Shown here: piece after piece, positions 13,949-25,925 of the stretch
Numbering within the stretch: position 1 is the first letter of the stretch
Layout: each line of letters starts with the position of its first letter
Source of the DNA: Neoechinorhynchus agilis
Lineage: Eukaryota; Animalia; Acanthocephala
Assembly (NCBI GenBank): GCA_051530055.1
Contig: CM121343.1
Span: 5,984,389-6,048,388 of the forward strand
DNA length: 64,000 bases
Direction of reading: 5' to 3'
Notes under the pieces: model-generated
What the model saw: only the letters and a program-made list of their open reading frames with translations
What the model was told of the DNA's origin: nothing
Database searches by the model: none
Program-made: the position numbers and the translations under genes

Positions 13949-15519
13949 ACGCTATTAAAACTTCGTCGTTTTTTGAATAAATAGCTTGAAATTTCCTCCT
14001 GGATTCGGGGTGAGTCTTTGGAATAGTTGCGAGCAATCGGAATTGATCGCAATTCCTATATATGAAGCAAAATACGACTTTGTAGGGAGTCCAATAGGTC
14101 AAGATCCAATCGTTGTACCGTTACTCGGTAAGCTGCATTCAATTCAGTTAATCAACGGGAAAACATCGGAGTTTGTGTTTATTCGCGAAACTCAACAATT
14201 AAGACGAATAATTCGACACTTTTCATCGGCGGAGGAACCATCAGCGCCTTCACATGAGCAATACAATCTTCATCAAAATTCATTTCATCCTCCCCTCATT
14301 TTTCCATAACATCAACCGAAATGAAAAGGAGGAAAGACCCAAACTCACAAGAATAACCACCGACTTTCGAACCCAACCGAACCCGTGATCCACTCCATAA
14401 TCAACAGTGTTTTTGTGAGGACCCAAACAGGGATATGGGTCCTATTCTTTTTGGATTAAGAAATAAACGTGTTATTATTCGAATTAAAGAGACTCTTGCA
14501 TTGTTCAGATTAATTGTTCTGGTTTCGCTCTACTCCATAATCTGGCATAAATCAAAATATAACGTTACGACCATAAAAAACTTTTTCAAAAACTTGGCGC
14601 CCGATTTAATAACTCTTCATTTTTAAGTCTCTCTTAAAATTTTAAGTGCCGTGTATGTTAGAGGTTCTGATTTAAATGCCGCGATGTTTTATTAAGCGGC
14701 GATTATGTGGTTTTCTTTTCAATTGCTTCGATGTTGAACCATTTTGAGCCGTAAACATCAACTTGAGAAAATGAAATATGCGTCAAAGCTGTGCTGCAAG
14801 CGTAAAGTCTCGCGAAATGTGCCTATAAATGTCACGATATCTTCAAATAACGATAGGGTGGTCTAATTTCTAAGTACTTTTCAAGATCGTCGTCCAATGA
14901 AAAACTTTCATCTTTAAGAAGGATCGCTATTTGAGTTCCGTAGTCCTGGTGTCAAAAGCATTTTGGAAATTTTAATTTCTAAATAAGAAATATCGATAAA
15001 ACTATCAACAAGTTCATTCCATTAATTCGTCGCTTACGTTTAATTAAATTTCAAATTTCGCCTTCTATTCACCTTGGAGCGTGAAATTATTCTAAATTGC
15101 ACATTGAACGCAGATTGGAGTAAACCCTTGAATGAATATTCATCAAAAGACAATGGAACCTCCAAAAAATCTATCCTTGCACGATTCTGAATCGTCTCCG
15201 GGGAATCTGATTGGTGGACTCATGATTTTTTTATCATTCATTTTCTCGATGCTTTTATGTACATTGTATAAACGCTCTAATGGATTACAAAATATGACAC
15301 TATTAATTATTTACACACTAATTTTGTTATATGAATATTTCAAGAAACATTTAAAAATGATTCGACAAAACAAAGTGTTTGATGAAACATTATATATAAG
15401 GTCTTCATTTAGATGATTACGAAGTTTAACACTGACACTCTCCTCGAGATATGGAATTATTGTTTAGAAGTCTACACCCGCGGTAAATGATTATTTTGAT
15501 TAAAGACGTTTCGAACCTT

Positions 15520-15612
15520 TTCATCCCCCCTCGCTCGTACCACTCTCTACCAAAAATCTTTCTTCCCCCAAGCCCAACCTTTCCTTAATAACCGGAGAAC
15601 AAGGAAAGACTC
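15520..15612 (+). mobile_element. 3-prime relic of a CR1/L2-type LINE ORF2
   Basis: Frame FIPLARTTLYQKSFFPQAQPFLNN resembles the RTxxYxxSFFPxxIxxWN C-terminal motif; locally C-rich. Confidence 0.4.
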
Positions 15613-17785
15613 TTAATCTGTCATCTCCTGTAACACCCCTTCAAAAACCAGTTCCACCTCCTTGCCTTCAACATCCGTCATCCATACACCTTCAGCAAAG
15701 ATAGATGCTGACAAGTGTGTGGATTCTGTATTTTTCCATAAATAAAAAGTGTTTATATATTCCCCGAAACCTCACATATCGACATCCTCGAGATATACCT
15801 TGACTGGTTGAATCTAAACTAAAGATGCATACCACTGTAATTATCAGTATGTCGAGATCGGCTGTTTGAGATTGATCAGACAAAATGATTTATTGACATT
15901 TCTGCTTCTATTGACCCCGATAATATTTGGTTCAGGAGACAAGCATTATGGGTCGCCATATTCCTCTCTAAGGAATTGATTGTCGCCGTTAGCGTGTTGT
16001 TCTTCGTCTGTCCAAATCGCTTTTCCATATAGCGCAATTGCACCGGCGATGGATTATTTGCGGCCATAAATTCAGTAAAAACAGCAATAGATTTTGAGCC
16101 TGAAAAATCTAAAATTTCTTTTTCCCTTCCTAAATGAAATCGATCAGAATTTTTTGGCATATTGGTTATGTAGATAGGTAACATCTCCATATTTTTGGAG
16201 ATAAAAAGAATTGAATGTGATTGATAATGAACATATTGGGCGCAGTTGGAGTTTCGACGTGACCGAGAGCTATAGATACAAACCACCGTTATAAGTTCGG
16301 ACAAATATACTTAAAAGAAGTCACGATGATTTTTCGTGCACTAGGAGGAAATCTGAACACATAAACACGGAGGACTGTCGGCAGCGACGAAGGTGATTTC
16401 TCTAGTAAATAAATTTAAGCATCAATAAAAACAGTCTTTTAAAAAGAAAGCGAACTTGCTCTTGTTAAAAAGACTTAAAACTATGAATGCTAGTTTTTTT
16501 ATTATTAGGTTGACGTTAGGGATATGAATATTCGTCGAAAAGTGTTTGGGATGCTGTTACAGACACTATTAGTCTTAGGTTATGAATTAAAATACATTTA
16601 TACGAATGCTAAGTCTTACATTTAAAGGAAAGTGTAACGCTTTAAATTGCCGATAGTCAATTTTAAAAGATTCAGCTTGAAATTTATCACATAAACGACC
16701 GAGATTTAAGGATCTCTAATTTCAAACAATGACTGAGAGCCATTTTCTTTGGAGATATCTAAATATTTTATACCCGCGGGAGCGGGGATGGCCACACGTC
16801 TCCACAATTCCATCAACCGGAAGGATATTTTCCTCTGGATGATCAGCATTAATGGATGTGTTTGCATAAGTTTTCTACTATTTAAGAGACCTGAGCTTAA
16901 ATAGTGGAAAACTGACAAGAAACCTTGATAAAGGCGTACAAGATTGTGCCTCCGAAATATTGGAACCAATAAATTCTTTTAATTTTTACGCCAGATGCAA
17001 ACATGAACAATTCAATCTTCAAACATTAATGGATGTCACGGGATGATTTCGTGCTTAAATATATTTCTGAAATAAAATCTCATTGTTCACAAACTGTATG
17101 AGTGTTCAATGAATGTTCAAAATTCGCCATAAAATCCTTCTTATACACACTTTCGACTTTCTTGCATGTCATCTACCTTTTTTTGTACGCGTGAAATGTA
17201 TACCTTCTCTCACATCGCCATTATAAATTTGAATGTTTAGTTGTTTTCCAACGATCGGCCTTGCATATTCAATCGAATATCAAACACATTCAATCTCGCG
17301 AATGGCTTATTAATCGATCCATTTAAGAATGACCGCTTCGTCAACTAGGTCTTCGGCGCGTTTATAATGTAGTTCATCATTTATTGAACGAAAATTATTG
17401 ATTGATTAATAATTCGTCCTCTTACAGCTTTGGAAATCAGCGAATACCTTGAACAACGCCTCCAAAGAATCGGTATTGCTTCTTATTTCCACGGTGTCTC
17501 GTTAGACGACATAGAAAGGTTCAGCGACTAAACGTTATCATCGAATAAGATCGTGATTGATTTCAGAAGGTTTTCATTATAATTCCGGGATCCGTGTTTT
17601 TGATTTTAATGGGAAAATTTGGACATCTCGGAGGAATGAAGATTTCATTGAAACTATGTGGATCGAACTTGAATTCAAACTTTATGTACGTTCAGTAGTT
17701 TTCTGCTGTGATTTTTCATGCCGTGCACTTTCAGTGTTGTTTGAAGGTTGAATTGTCCATAAAGTGGTTGTTTTCTGGTGGAGAA

Positions 17786-17907
17786 AAATTAAAATGATTT
17801 TATTTTAAAATCCGATTGGTTTCAGAGGCACAGCTCAGAAAACAACGTTGATAAAGATTATGCCTCCGAAGCTAATCGGATTTTAAGGGTAAAATCATTT
17901 TAATTTC
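17786..17907. repeat. Short fold-back element; core gattRtgcctccgaa shared with copies at ~16930 and ~38615
   Basis: aaattaaaatgattttattttaaaatccgatt vs aatcggattttaagggtaaaatcattttaattt form inverted arms. Confidence 0.65.
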
Positions 17908-18905
17908 TCTGTCAGAAAACAATCACTTTCAGTGTTCTCATTGTCATTGAATCGTTAGATTCCGAGCCAACATTGTCCTTCTTTGTTATTCCCGTTGTTT
18001 TCACATTGATGTGGCCCGAGGACTTTAGCAATGTTATATGAGAGACAGTTAACAAGGGACTCCGAAATGTAAGGTCTACAAGACTACGTGTATTAAAAAC
18101 ATAGAATGGATTGACTGTGTAATCAAAGCAGTATGAAATTTGAACTTTGAGGCCGTGTTGTGGTTATAACCTTTCTTTGATTTCGAATCTTAACCGTAAA
18201 TGTGATCACATTTTCTCCCAAAAGTAGTGCTTTTAATGTGCAAGGTTTTATGTTTTCCCGATAACATCTTTTCTATTCCCGTCTAAAGAGTCTTAAGTAT
18301 CCTTTTTATGCGTTTAAAGCAACCCATTTAAAAAATAATTCAATCAATCATTAACATTTAGTGGTTAGAACTAGCAACTTTATTGCTGAGTCTTAATTTG
18401 CGTTACGAGGTTGTTTATGTATCGTATTCGTTTAGTTCAATATCCAAGCACCGTGGCAATCAATTTTATTTCCCATTAAACGTTTTTGAAACATCCCTTT
18501 CCTTTAGTAAAATGTCGTCAAAAGCATTCTATTGATGTGGTTTGTGTTGCATGCAAACGATTCTGGGATGGAAAAGGGTTAAAATGTCATGGTTAAATGA
18601 ATAGGCTACAATAAAATTAAGATCGTAACGCTTTACCGGTATAAATTTAAAGTGAGTTGAATAATTGGGATCATTAATTATTTTAAGATTTCATTGGGTG
18701 CGGGTTTCAACCTTAAAACGAGCAGGGTGGACCGCAGAGACGAATGTTTAGGCACGGGTGTTTGGTCGTGAAATTCTACGGGCTGACCAAATAGTGAGGA
18801 CCACTCAAAGTCGAGATAGGTTACTTATAAATCGTCGATTTGGAACGCATTATGGATCAATGTGGATACTACTTATAGTTCTGTATATCGAAAAGTGTAT
18901 TCCCT

Positions 18906-20036
18906 GAGAAAAATAATTTCTATGGTCAATTCCTGTTATAGGCTCCATAGTGCTGAAAGGAATTAGAATTGTCTAAAATTATGTATCCTAATTTTGCGTT
19001 GATTTCGCATCTTAGTACGATACGAAAAAGGAAATCATTTCGATCTTGAGAAAAATAATTTCTATGGTCAATTCGTGTTATAGACTCCATAGTGCTGAAA
19101 GGAATTAGAATTGTCTAAAATTATGTATCCTAATTTTGCGTTGATTTCGCATCTTAGTACGATACGAAAAAGGAAATCATTTCGATCTTGAGAAAAATAA
19201 TTTCTATGATCAATTCGTGTTATAGACTCCATAGTGCTGAAAGGAATTAGAATTGTCTAAAATTATGTATCCTAATTTTGCGTTGATTTCGCATCTTAGT
19301 ACGATACGAAAAAGGAAATCATTTCGATCTTGAGAAAAATAATTTCTATGGTCAATTCCTGTTATAGACTCCATAGTGCTGAAAGGAATTAGAATTGTCT
19401 AAAATTATGTATCCTAATTTTGCGTTGATTTCGCATCTTAGTACGATACGAAAAAGGAAATCATTTCGATCTTGAGAAAAATAATTTCTATGATCAATTC
19501 GTGTTATAGACTCCATAGTGCTGAAAGGAATTAGAATTGTCTAAAATTATGTATCCTAATTTTGCGTTGATTTCGCATCTTAGTACGATACGAAAAAGGA
19601 AATCATTTCGATCTTGAGAAAAATAATTTCTATGATCAATTCGTGTTATAGACTCCATAGTGCTGAAAGGAATTAGAATTGTCTAAAATTATGTATCCTA
19701 ATTTTGCGTTGATTTCGCATCTTAGTACGATACGAAAAATCATTTCGATCTTGAGAAAAATAATTTCTATGATCAATTCGTGTTATAGACTCCATAGTGC
19801 TGAAAGGAATTAGAATTGTCTAAAATTATGTATCCTAATTTTGCGTTGATTTCGCATCTTAGTACGATACGAAAAAGGAAATCATTTCGATCTTGAGAAA
19901 AATAATTTCTATGGTCAATTCCTGTTATAGACTCCATAGTGCTGAAAGGAATTAGAATTGTCTAAAATTATGTATCCTAATTTTGCGTTGATTTCGCATC
20001 TTAGTACGATACGAAAAAGGAAATCATTTCGATCTT
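18906..20036. repeat. Tandem satellite 4, 142-bp unit, about 8 copies
   Basis: gagaaaaataat recurs at 18906, 19048, 19190 and onward. Confidence 0.96.
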
Positions 20037-20689
20037 GATCACTCAAATCTCAATTTGGTAACATGAAATGGCTGTTATTCGTGAATTATTTGCACCGGAC
20101 TATATGCTGCAATAGAAACATCCGTGCGCCATTTCATCTGAACTGTTTCTTTATTCTAACAAGAATCTTATGGGTATAATCTGAACAAAGCATTCACGTT
20201 CATGATAAGCTTTGAACTAAACAAATTAGTAGAAAAATGGCGGCGCGTTTATATTAATCTTTGGAAATTTTTTAAGGTCAATAAACAAGCATTAGAATGA
20301 TGATTGCATTTTTTGGATAAATTCCGGTAATACTCCTTCTTGATTGAAAAGAAAAAAACAATGAACATATTGATTAAAACCTATACAGTGATTGTTGAGA
20401 CGATTGCAATTTTTCTAACACCTATTTCTTGTAAAGCTATATTTATAACTTTCGCTGGGAGCTGTATTGGCGCTTCGGGTTCTTAAAAATTTATAAACAT
20501 GTTACTAAACATGACATATGAATTGTCAAGTTATTAAAGGGTGAAGAGTGATTTAAGGGATCAGTGGGTTCTTTTATACTCGTATAAGTGATAAAAAGCG
20601 CAATCGGTTATTTTTATCACCCACCATGATATATTCCGCCTTCAAAATGATTTTCTTTAGGCATTAAAAACTTTTAATCTTTCAAGAAT

Positions 20690-22171
20690 ATGCTTGGTCA
20701 GCATTCGTCATCATCATCATCGATTTTCCGATCATTACTTCGTGTTTTGCATTTAACGTTTAAGAGATTCAAGGAAAGGTAACTAATTTTTAAGATTATC
20801 TCACGCTAATCAAATGTCGGCAGGTCGTTCTGGTATAGTGTTTTATCTGGGCAGTTTTTATCTCTTTTGGTATGTCTCACAGCAATCTTCAGTGATCAGA
20901 TCATGAGTATGGGTATTCAAATTCCAGCAGGTAGGATTTTAAAAACAATAATATACGTGTATAAAAGAACTTAGCTCAATCCATGTTCGTGTTCGCTTTA
21001 CTTTTGATGATATTTGGACCCATATACTTGTTTTATGACAATCGACGACTTTCACCTGAACTATTCGTTTGTTCCTACATGTGGAAGTATATGTCCATAT
21101 CATTTATTGAAGTTCAAGCAAACAACTTGGCTATAACGGCCTACAAATATACCTCTCCAGTCAGTGTTCAGGTTAGTTCTAAGCCAATGTTCCTTTTAAA
21201 AATCAGACTAATAATGAGTTAATATGCTCAGATTTTAGATTGTATTGCAATTCCAACATGTCTAGTGCTTTCAAGGTTCTTCCTAAAATACAGATATCGA
21301 TTGATTCATTATGTATCTGTTGCAGTTGCAATCATCGGTGCAACGGTCATATTTGTTACCGACAAAAAGCAAGGTTCAAGCTTTTTGAATGGATTGACCA
21401 TGATTTTTTTTGTTAGGATCAAGCACGTTAGACCCCGTTTTCGGAAATGGTTTGGCAGTTGCGGCCGGAATGCTGTATGGTTTATCAAATGTAGCGCAGG
21501 AATTTATGATAAGTGAGAGACCTATCAGCGAGTACCTCTTCTCAATCGGATTGTTCGGAACAATCATGTCTCTTATACAATCGTCAGTTTTTAACACAAT
21601 AACCAGCTTATATTCATTGCTCTGCACAGGATTCCGTATGAAATCAGTGATTTTCAGCTGATTAGTGAGTTTACCGGCGCTCCTAAATTCGGTACGAAAT
21701 TGCTTTAATCACCTTACTTGAATTAGACTATTTGCTTTCAAGCATCGTTTTTGGTGCGAGATTTCATTGCTTTGTTTGTAATACCACCAAAAACGATGCT
21801 GTTTTGAAGATATTAAATTTACGGTCTAAAGTATATTTCTTTTAGCTGGATACCTTACTGGCTTCATATTAGTATTAGTGCTCTTTTACGTTTCGCTGCC
21901 TACTTTCATGTCAAGAAATGTTTTGAGTGCAGTCGGATTGAACATTTCTCTACAAACCTCGGACATTTATACATTCCTTGCCTACGTTGTTATTTTCGGC
22001 AACAGGGTATCTATGGGACGCATTTTACTCCCTTATTTGGTTAATATTTCATTTTAGTTTAATGCAATCTACCAAGTGGCATGGGTAGTTATTATCATCA
22101 GCTCAATTATGTTTCATCTTCGTCCATACAAATGCGTGCCTCCTTCTGCCGATGTATTGCTTGATGAATAA
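20690..22171 (+). CDS. SLC35F: SLC35F1/F2-like solute carrier (DUF914), multi-exon
   Basis: Spliced: SFWYSVLSGQFLSLLVCLTAIFS..IPA|AQSMFVFALL..IEVQANNLAITAYKYTSPVSVQ|ILDCIAIPTCLVLSRFFLKYRYRLIHYVSV..|..GMLYGLSNVAQEF; introns of ~43-60 nt. Confidence 0.9.
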
Positions 22172-22255
22172 AAGCAAATACTTTTTCACGATATGCATCC
22201 ACTCTCTCACTCTGAATATAATTTATTCACTATACTTTAAGTCAACTAAGCTGAC

Positions 22256-22597
22256 TTATTGGCAATGATGCCATTGTTCACATACTGAACATTGCTCAAT
22301 TACATCATCCTCGTCAGCGACTGCAGCGCCGGCTAATACGATCTCGGAATTATTAAATATTTGAAAGGCCGAAAGAGGCATATCTGGATGTCGATGAAGA
22401 TATTGACCCTCGTAGTATAATCGTTGCATGCATACAGGCACCAAACATTGGTCTTCGATATACTCTTGCAAGTGACAAACTAGAATCGGTTCAATTGATC
22501 GTAAATATAAAGGTGTTACAGTTGATCCGTGGCGAATAGTTAACTTTAACGTGTAGACTGTTGGATAGGATTCCGGATATTCTAATGGGAAATACAT
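22256..22597 (-). CDS. Ubiquitin-like domain protein with C-terminal CxxC-x3-HHC tail
   Basis: LKLTIRHG..V..LQEYIEDQCLVPVCMQRLYYEGQYL..D..LSAFQIFNNSEIVL follows the ubiquitin-fold pattern; ends CSVCEQWHHCQ. Confidence 0.65.
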   Translation of the reverse strand: MYFPLEYPESYPTVYTLKLTIRHGSTVTPLYLRSIEPILVCHLQEYIEDQCLVPVCMQRLYYEGQYLHRHPDMPLSAFQIFNNSEIVLAGAAVADEDDVIEQCSVCEQWHHCQ

Positions 22598-22869
22598 TGG
22601 TAATGATGTCAGCGACGAAGTTTCAGAAATTATCTATATGTATTTGTTTGCTATATCCCGTTGGCGTTTCCATGGTAACTCCCTCAAAAACTCAAAAATT
22701 ATGCACGGCCTTTAAAAAAGCGATTCCCATCAAAATGTATTGTAAAATTTATTAAAAAAACAAGTGTAAAATGCAACTAAAAGTTTTTATCCGCACTGTA
22801 TAAACTAGCGAGCATTTTGTGTCAGTATTGACTGGTGAGATAATTTATGGGTTTAGAAAGTGAATGTCA

Positions 22870-24492
22870 TTAGCCCTCATTCGAGTGTACAGTGCTACTC
22901 TCATAGCTCTCCATAGAAACCGTTCCACCTGCTGCGTCTGTCGATTCCATGGTTGCGCCATATCCGAATGATCCAGCGAGAGATGTGGATGAAGTTTCGA
23001 AGTCTGTACCGTCCACGAATCCGCCTATTGCACCTGCTCCATCGAATCCTTCGAATCCAGTGCCACCATAGGATGTAAACTGTGATGATGCGGATCCAAC
23101 TTCAACGCCGACTCCGCCGCCGCTGCCAGCACCCATGACTTCGTCGGCAAACCCGGCACTTCCATAACCTGCGGCATGCGATCCGCCGTACATCGCATCT
23201 CCCCCAGGAAAGGCGAAAGACGTATCAGCACTCATGAATCCCCCACTTAATCCAAGTTCTTCAGAACTTGAATAGGAGGATCCTCCTGTAATGGCAGTGG
23301 TGGAACCAGAGGCATAAACAAACCCGGGAGGTGTGAGATTCTCAAATATGCCGGCATTTCGGGCGGCGGCGACAAGTGCGGTATTGTCCAAAAGACTCGC
23401 GCCGTATTGTGAGGCATAAGTCAATGGGTTCATACTAACCACGCCAAGGCGCCTAAACACTCGTTGAACCGAAGGTTTAGGAACAGTGTATTGAATAATC
23501 ATGTTTTTCGCTGTACGATAGGCTCTTGCCTCGGCTGCTCTTTGGTAGACTACTTTTCGCCTGGGTAGTGGGCCATATTGGAGCCATCTTTCGATGATAA
23601 CATCACGTGGCTTGGCTGGAAGAGCTGGATAACGTTCAATGATTACTTGCCTTGGAGGTGCTGGAAGAGCTGCTAATCTTTTGATCACAGTTTGAGTTTT
23701 GGCGACAACCGGCATCTTTGGTGGTCGCTCTCGTAGAATGAGTGCCGGTGGTGTTTTTGGACGTGGTGGTCTTTGTCTTATAATGAGAGGTGGAGCTGGT
23801 CTTGGTTGCGGTGGACGAACTTCTTTGATTATAAGTGGGCCAGGCGCAGGTGGAGCTGGCGGTCTTAGAAAACGGACAATGATGTTTTGTCTATGGACAT
23901 TGGTCACGCCAGCCATTGTGCGTCGGATAACGATTGGATTTGCATCCACTTGAACACGATACGCATTGAGAGGAAGAACTGGTGCGGTTCCATGTACTAC
24001 TCCGCTCGAAGCGAACTCCGTTGATGAAGTTGAAAATCCACCCGCGTCCAATAATCCAGCTCCTGACGAATCAAAAGTACCGAACGGCCCTGAAGGTCTG
24101 CCTGCATTGTATATCGATGAACTTCCAAACGACGCACCCGTGAACGTTGGAGCAACATCACTACTGAACTGCATTCCTATGCCGCCCCCTTCTGGACCAA
24201 CGCTTAATCCGCCGGCACTTGACTCATAGGAATATGATTCGAGTGAATTACGTGCATCACTTGGATATACAATCTCAGGTATTTCACTTTGTCCATAAGA
24301 TTCATAAGAAGCCGCTGTAACTTGGCTATCAACGGGGAAACTACTTGCATTTGTGTATTCATGACCCGTGAACCCTCCCGATGAGAACGTTCCCAAAGTT
24401 GATGTACTCACTAAGTTACCGCTTTGTGGAAAAGCACTTCCAAACGTTTGCATTTGGTTGGCGTCCAAATCGCTGCCTGTAATTTCAGTCAT
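22870..24492 (-). CDS. 540-aa protein with central Pro/Arg/Ile-rich repeat domain and Gly/Ser/Phe-rich head and tail
   Basis: Single long ORF. Core QNIIVRFLRPP-PPAPGPLIIKEVRPPQP-PPLIIRQRPP-LILRERPP-VIIER-RDVIIERW-NMIIQY resembles an uncharacterised family I recall as abundant in bdelloid rotifers. Confidence 0.85.
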   Translation of the reverse strand: MTEITGSDLDANQMQTFGSAFPQSGNLVSTSTLGTFSSGGFTGHEYTNASSFPVDSQVTAASYESYGQSEIPEIVYPSDARNSLESYSYESSAGGLSVGPEGGGIGMQFSSDVAPTFTGASFGSSSIYNAGRPSGPFGTFDSSGAGLLDAGGFSTSSTEFASSGVVHGTAPVLPLNAYRVQVDANPIVIRRTMAGVTNVHRQNIIVRFLRPPAPPAPGPLIIKEVRPPQPRPAPPLIIRQRPPRPKTPPALILRERPPKMPVVAKTQTVIKRLAALPAPPRQVIIERYPALPAKPRDVIIERWLQYGPLPRRKVVYQRAAEARAYRTAKNMIIQYTVPKPSVQRVFRRLGVVSMNPLTYASQYGASLLDNTALVAAARNAGIFENLTPPGFVYASGSTTAITGGSSYSSSEELGLSGGFMSADTSFAFPGGDAMYGGSHAAGYGSAGFADEVMGAGSGGGVGVEVGSASSQFTSYGGTGFEGFDGAGAIGGFVDGTDFETSSTSLAGSFGYGATMESTDAAGGTVSMESYESSTVHSNEG

Positions 24493-24964
24493 TGTCGCAA
24501 ACTGCTTCGTCGAATGTGAAAGGAAAACGCGAGTAGATCGAAAAAGTTTTTCCCTTGGTATTTATGCTCATTCACCTATTGAGGAACACGATGCAAAATG
24601 ATGAGTTTTTCGGTTGAATCATGCTTTTATTGGCGCAGCAGACGAAAAATATTCATGTTCCAAGGTGAGTCTTTCTTGCACTTGTGGATTTCAACTTTCA
24701 CATTTCATTTCCTTTTAACTCAGTCCGTGTCCACAATTTCCAACCGACATTTTTGACCCTTCGATCTACTTGCTTTGATTGATCCTCGGAATATTCTACA
24801 ATATCTCGAGTTACCTAGTCAAATCAACTTCGGATGATCGCGTTAAAACTGCTAAATATTTTTTCCAATTATTTTAAGATCATTAACGAATTTCGATGTA
24901 TATATATTGTAAAGGTGCTCGTCATTTACTTTTTGATAACGAATTGGAAATACAAATAAGCTAC

Positions 24965-25925
24965 TTGTATTTTTCCCAAAGTTTTAAATGTGTGAGTTGG
25001 TGTCTTTGCGAATTCTGTCCCCGGTGTTGTCGATACTCATTTATTTGAGAAATATTTCACAAGGTTTTCCTTACCTCTTCAGTCTCTATTGTTTGTAAGT
25101 TTTAAATGTGTGAGTTGGTGTCATGGCGAATTCTGTCCTCGGGGTTTCGATACTCATTTATTTGAGAAATATTTCACAAGGTTTTCCTTAACTCTTCAGT
25201 CGCTATTGTTTGTAAGTTTTAAATGTGTGAGTTGGTGTCTTGGCGAATTGCCGGCGAATCTGTCCCCGGTGTTGTCGATACTCATTTATTTGAGAAATAT
25301 TTCACAAGGTTTTCCTTAACTCTTCAGTCTCTATTGTTTGTAAGTTTTAAATGTGTGAGTTGGTGTTATGGCGAATTCGGTTCCCAGTGTTGTCGATACT
25401 CATTTATTTGAGAAATATTTCACAAGGTTTTCCTTAACTCTTCAGTCGCTATTGTTTGTAAGTTTTAAATGTGTGAGTTGGTGTCTTGGCGAATTCTGTC
25501 CTCGGGGTTATCGATACTCATTTATTTGAGAAATATTTCACAAGGTTTTCCTTAACTCTTCAGTCGCTATTGTTTGTAAGTTTTAAATGTGTGAGTTGGT
25601 GTCTTTGCGAATTCTGTCCCCAGTGTTGTCGATACTCATTTATTTGAGAAATATTTCACAAGGTTTTCCTTACCTCTTCAGTCGCTATTGCTTTTAAGTT
25701 TTAAATGTGTGAGTTGGTGTCTTGGCGAATCCTGTCCTCGGGGTTATCGATAATCATTTATTTGAGAAATATTTCACAAGGTTTTCCTTAACTCTTCAGT
25801 CGCTATTGTTTGTAAGTTTTAAATGTGTGAGTTGGTGTCATGGCGAATTCGGTCCCCAGTGTTGTCGATACTCATTTATTTGAGAAATATTTTGCAAGGT
25901 TTTAGTTGCTTCTTCAGTCTCTATT
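24965..25925 (-). repeat. Tandem satellite 5, 118-bp unit, 8 copies, each carrying a minimal type-I hammerhead ribozyme
   Basis: Minus strand per unit: GAGA/GCGA-CTGAAGA-G-(G/T)TAAGG-AAAA-CCTTGT-GAAA-TAT-T-TCTC. This gives the core CUGANGA, helix II, GAAA, palindromic ATAT helix III and GAGA/TCTC helix I. Confidence 0.85.

Noticed and set aside
18906-20036. Ribozyme in satellite 4 (and GAAATATC in satellite 2)
   Set aside because: No intact CUGANGA on either strand and no supporting helices.
23025-24601. Antisense and alternate-frame ORFs over the 540-aa gene, and similar ones over the RdRp and GLUT genes
   Set aside because: These are shadows of GC-richer coding sequence.
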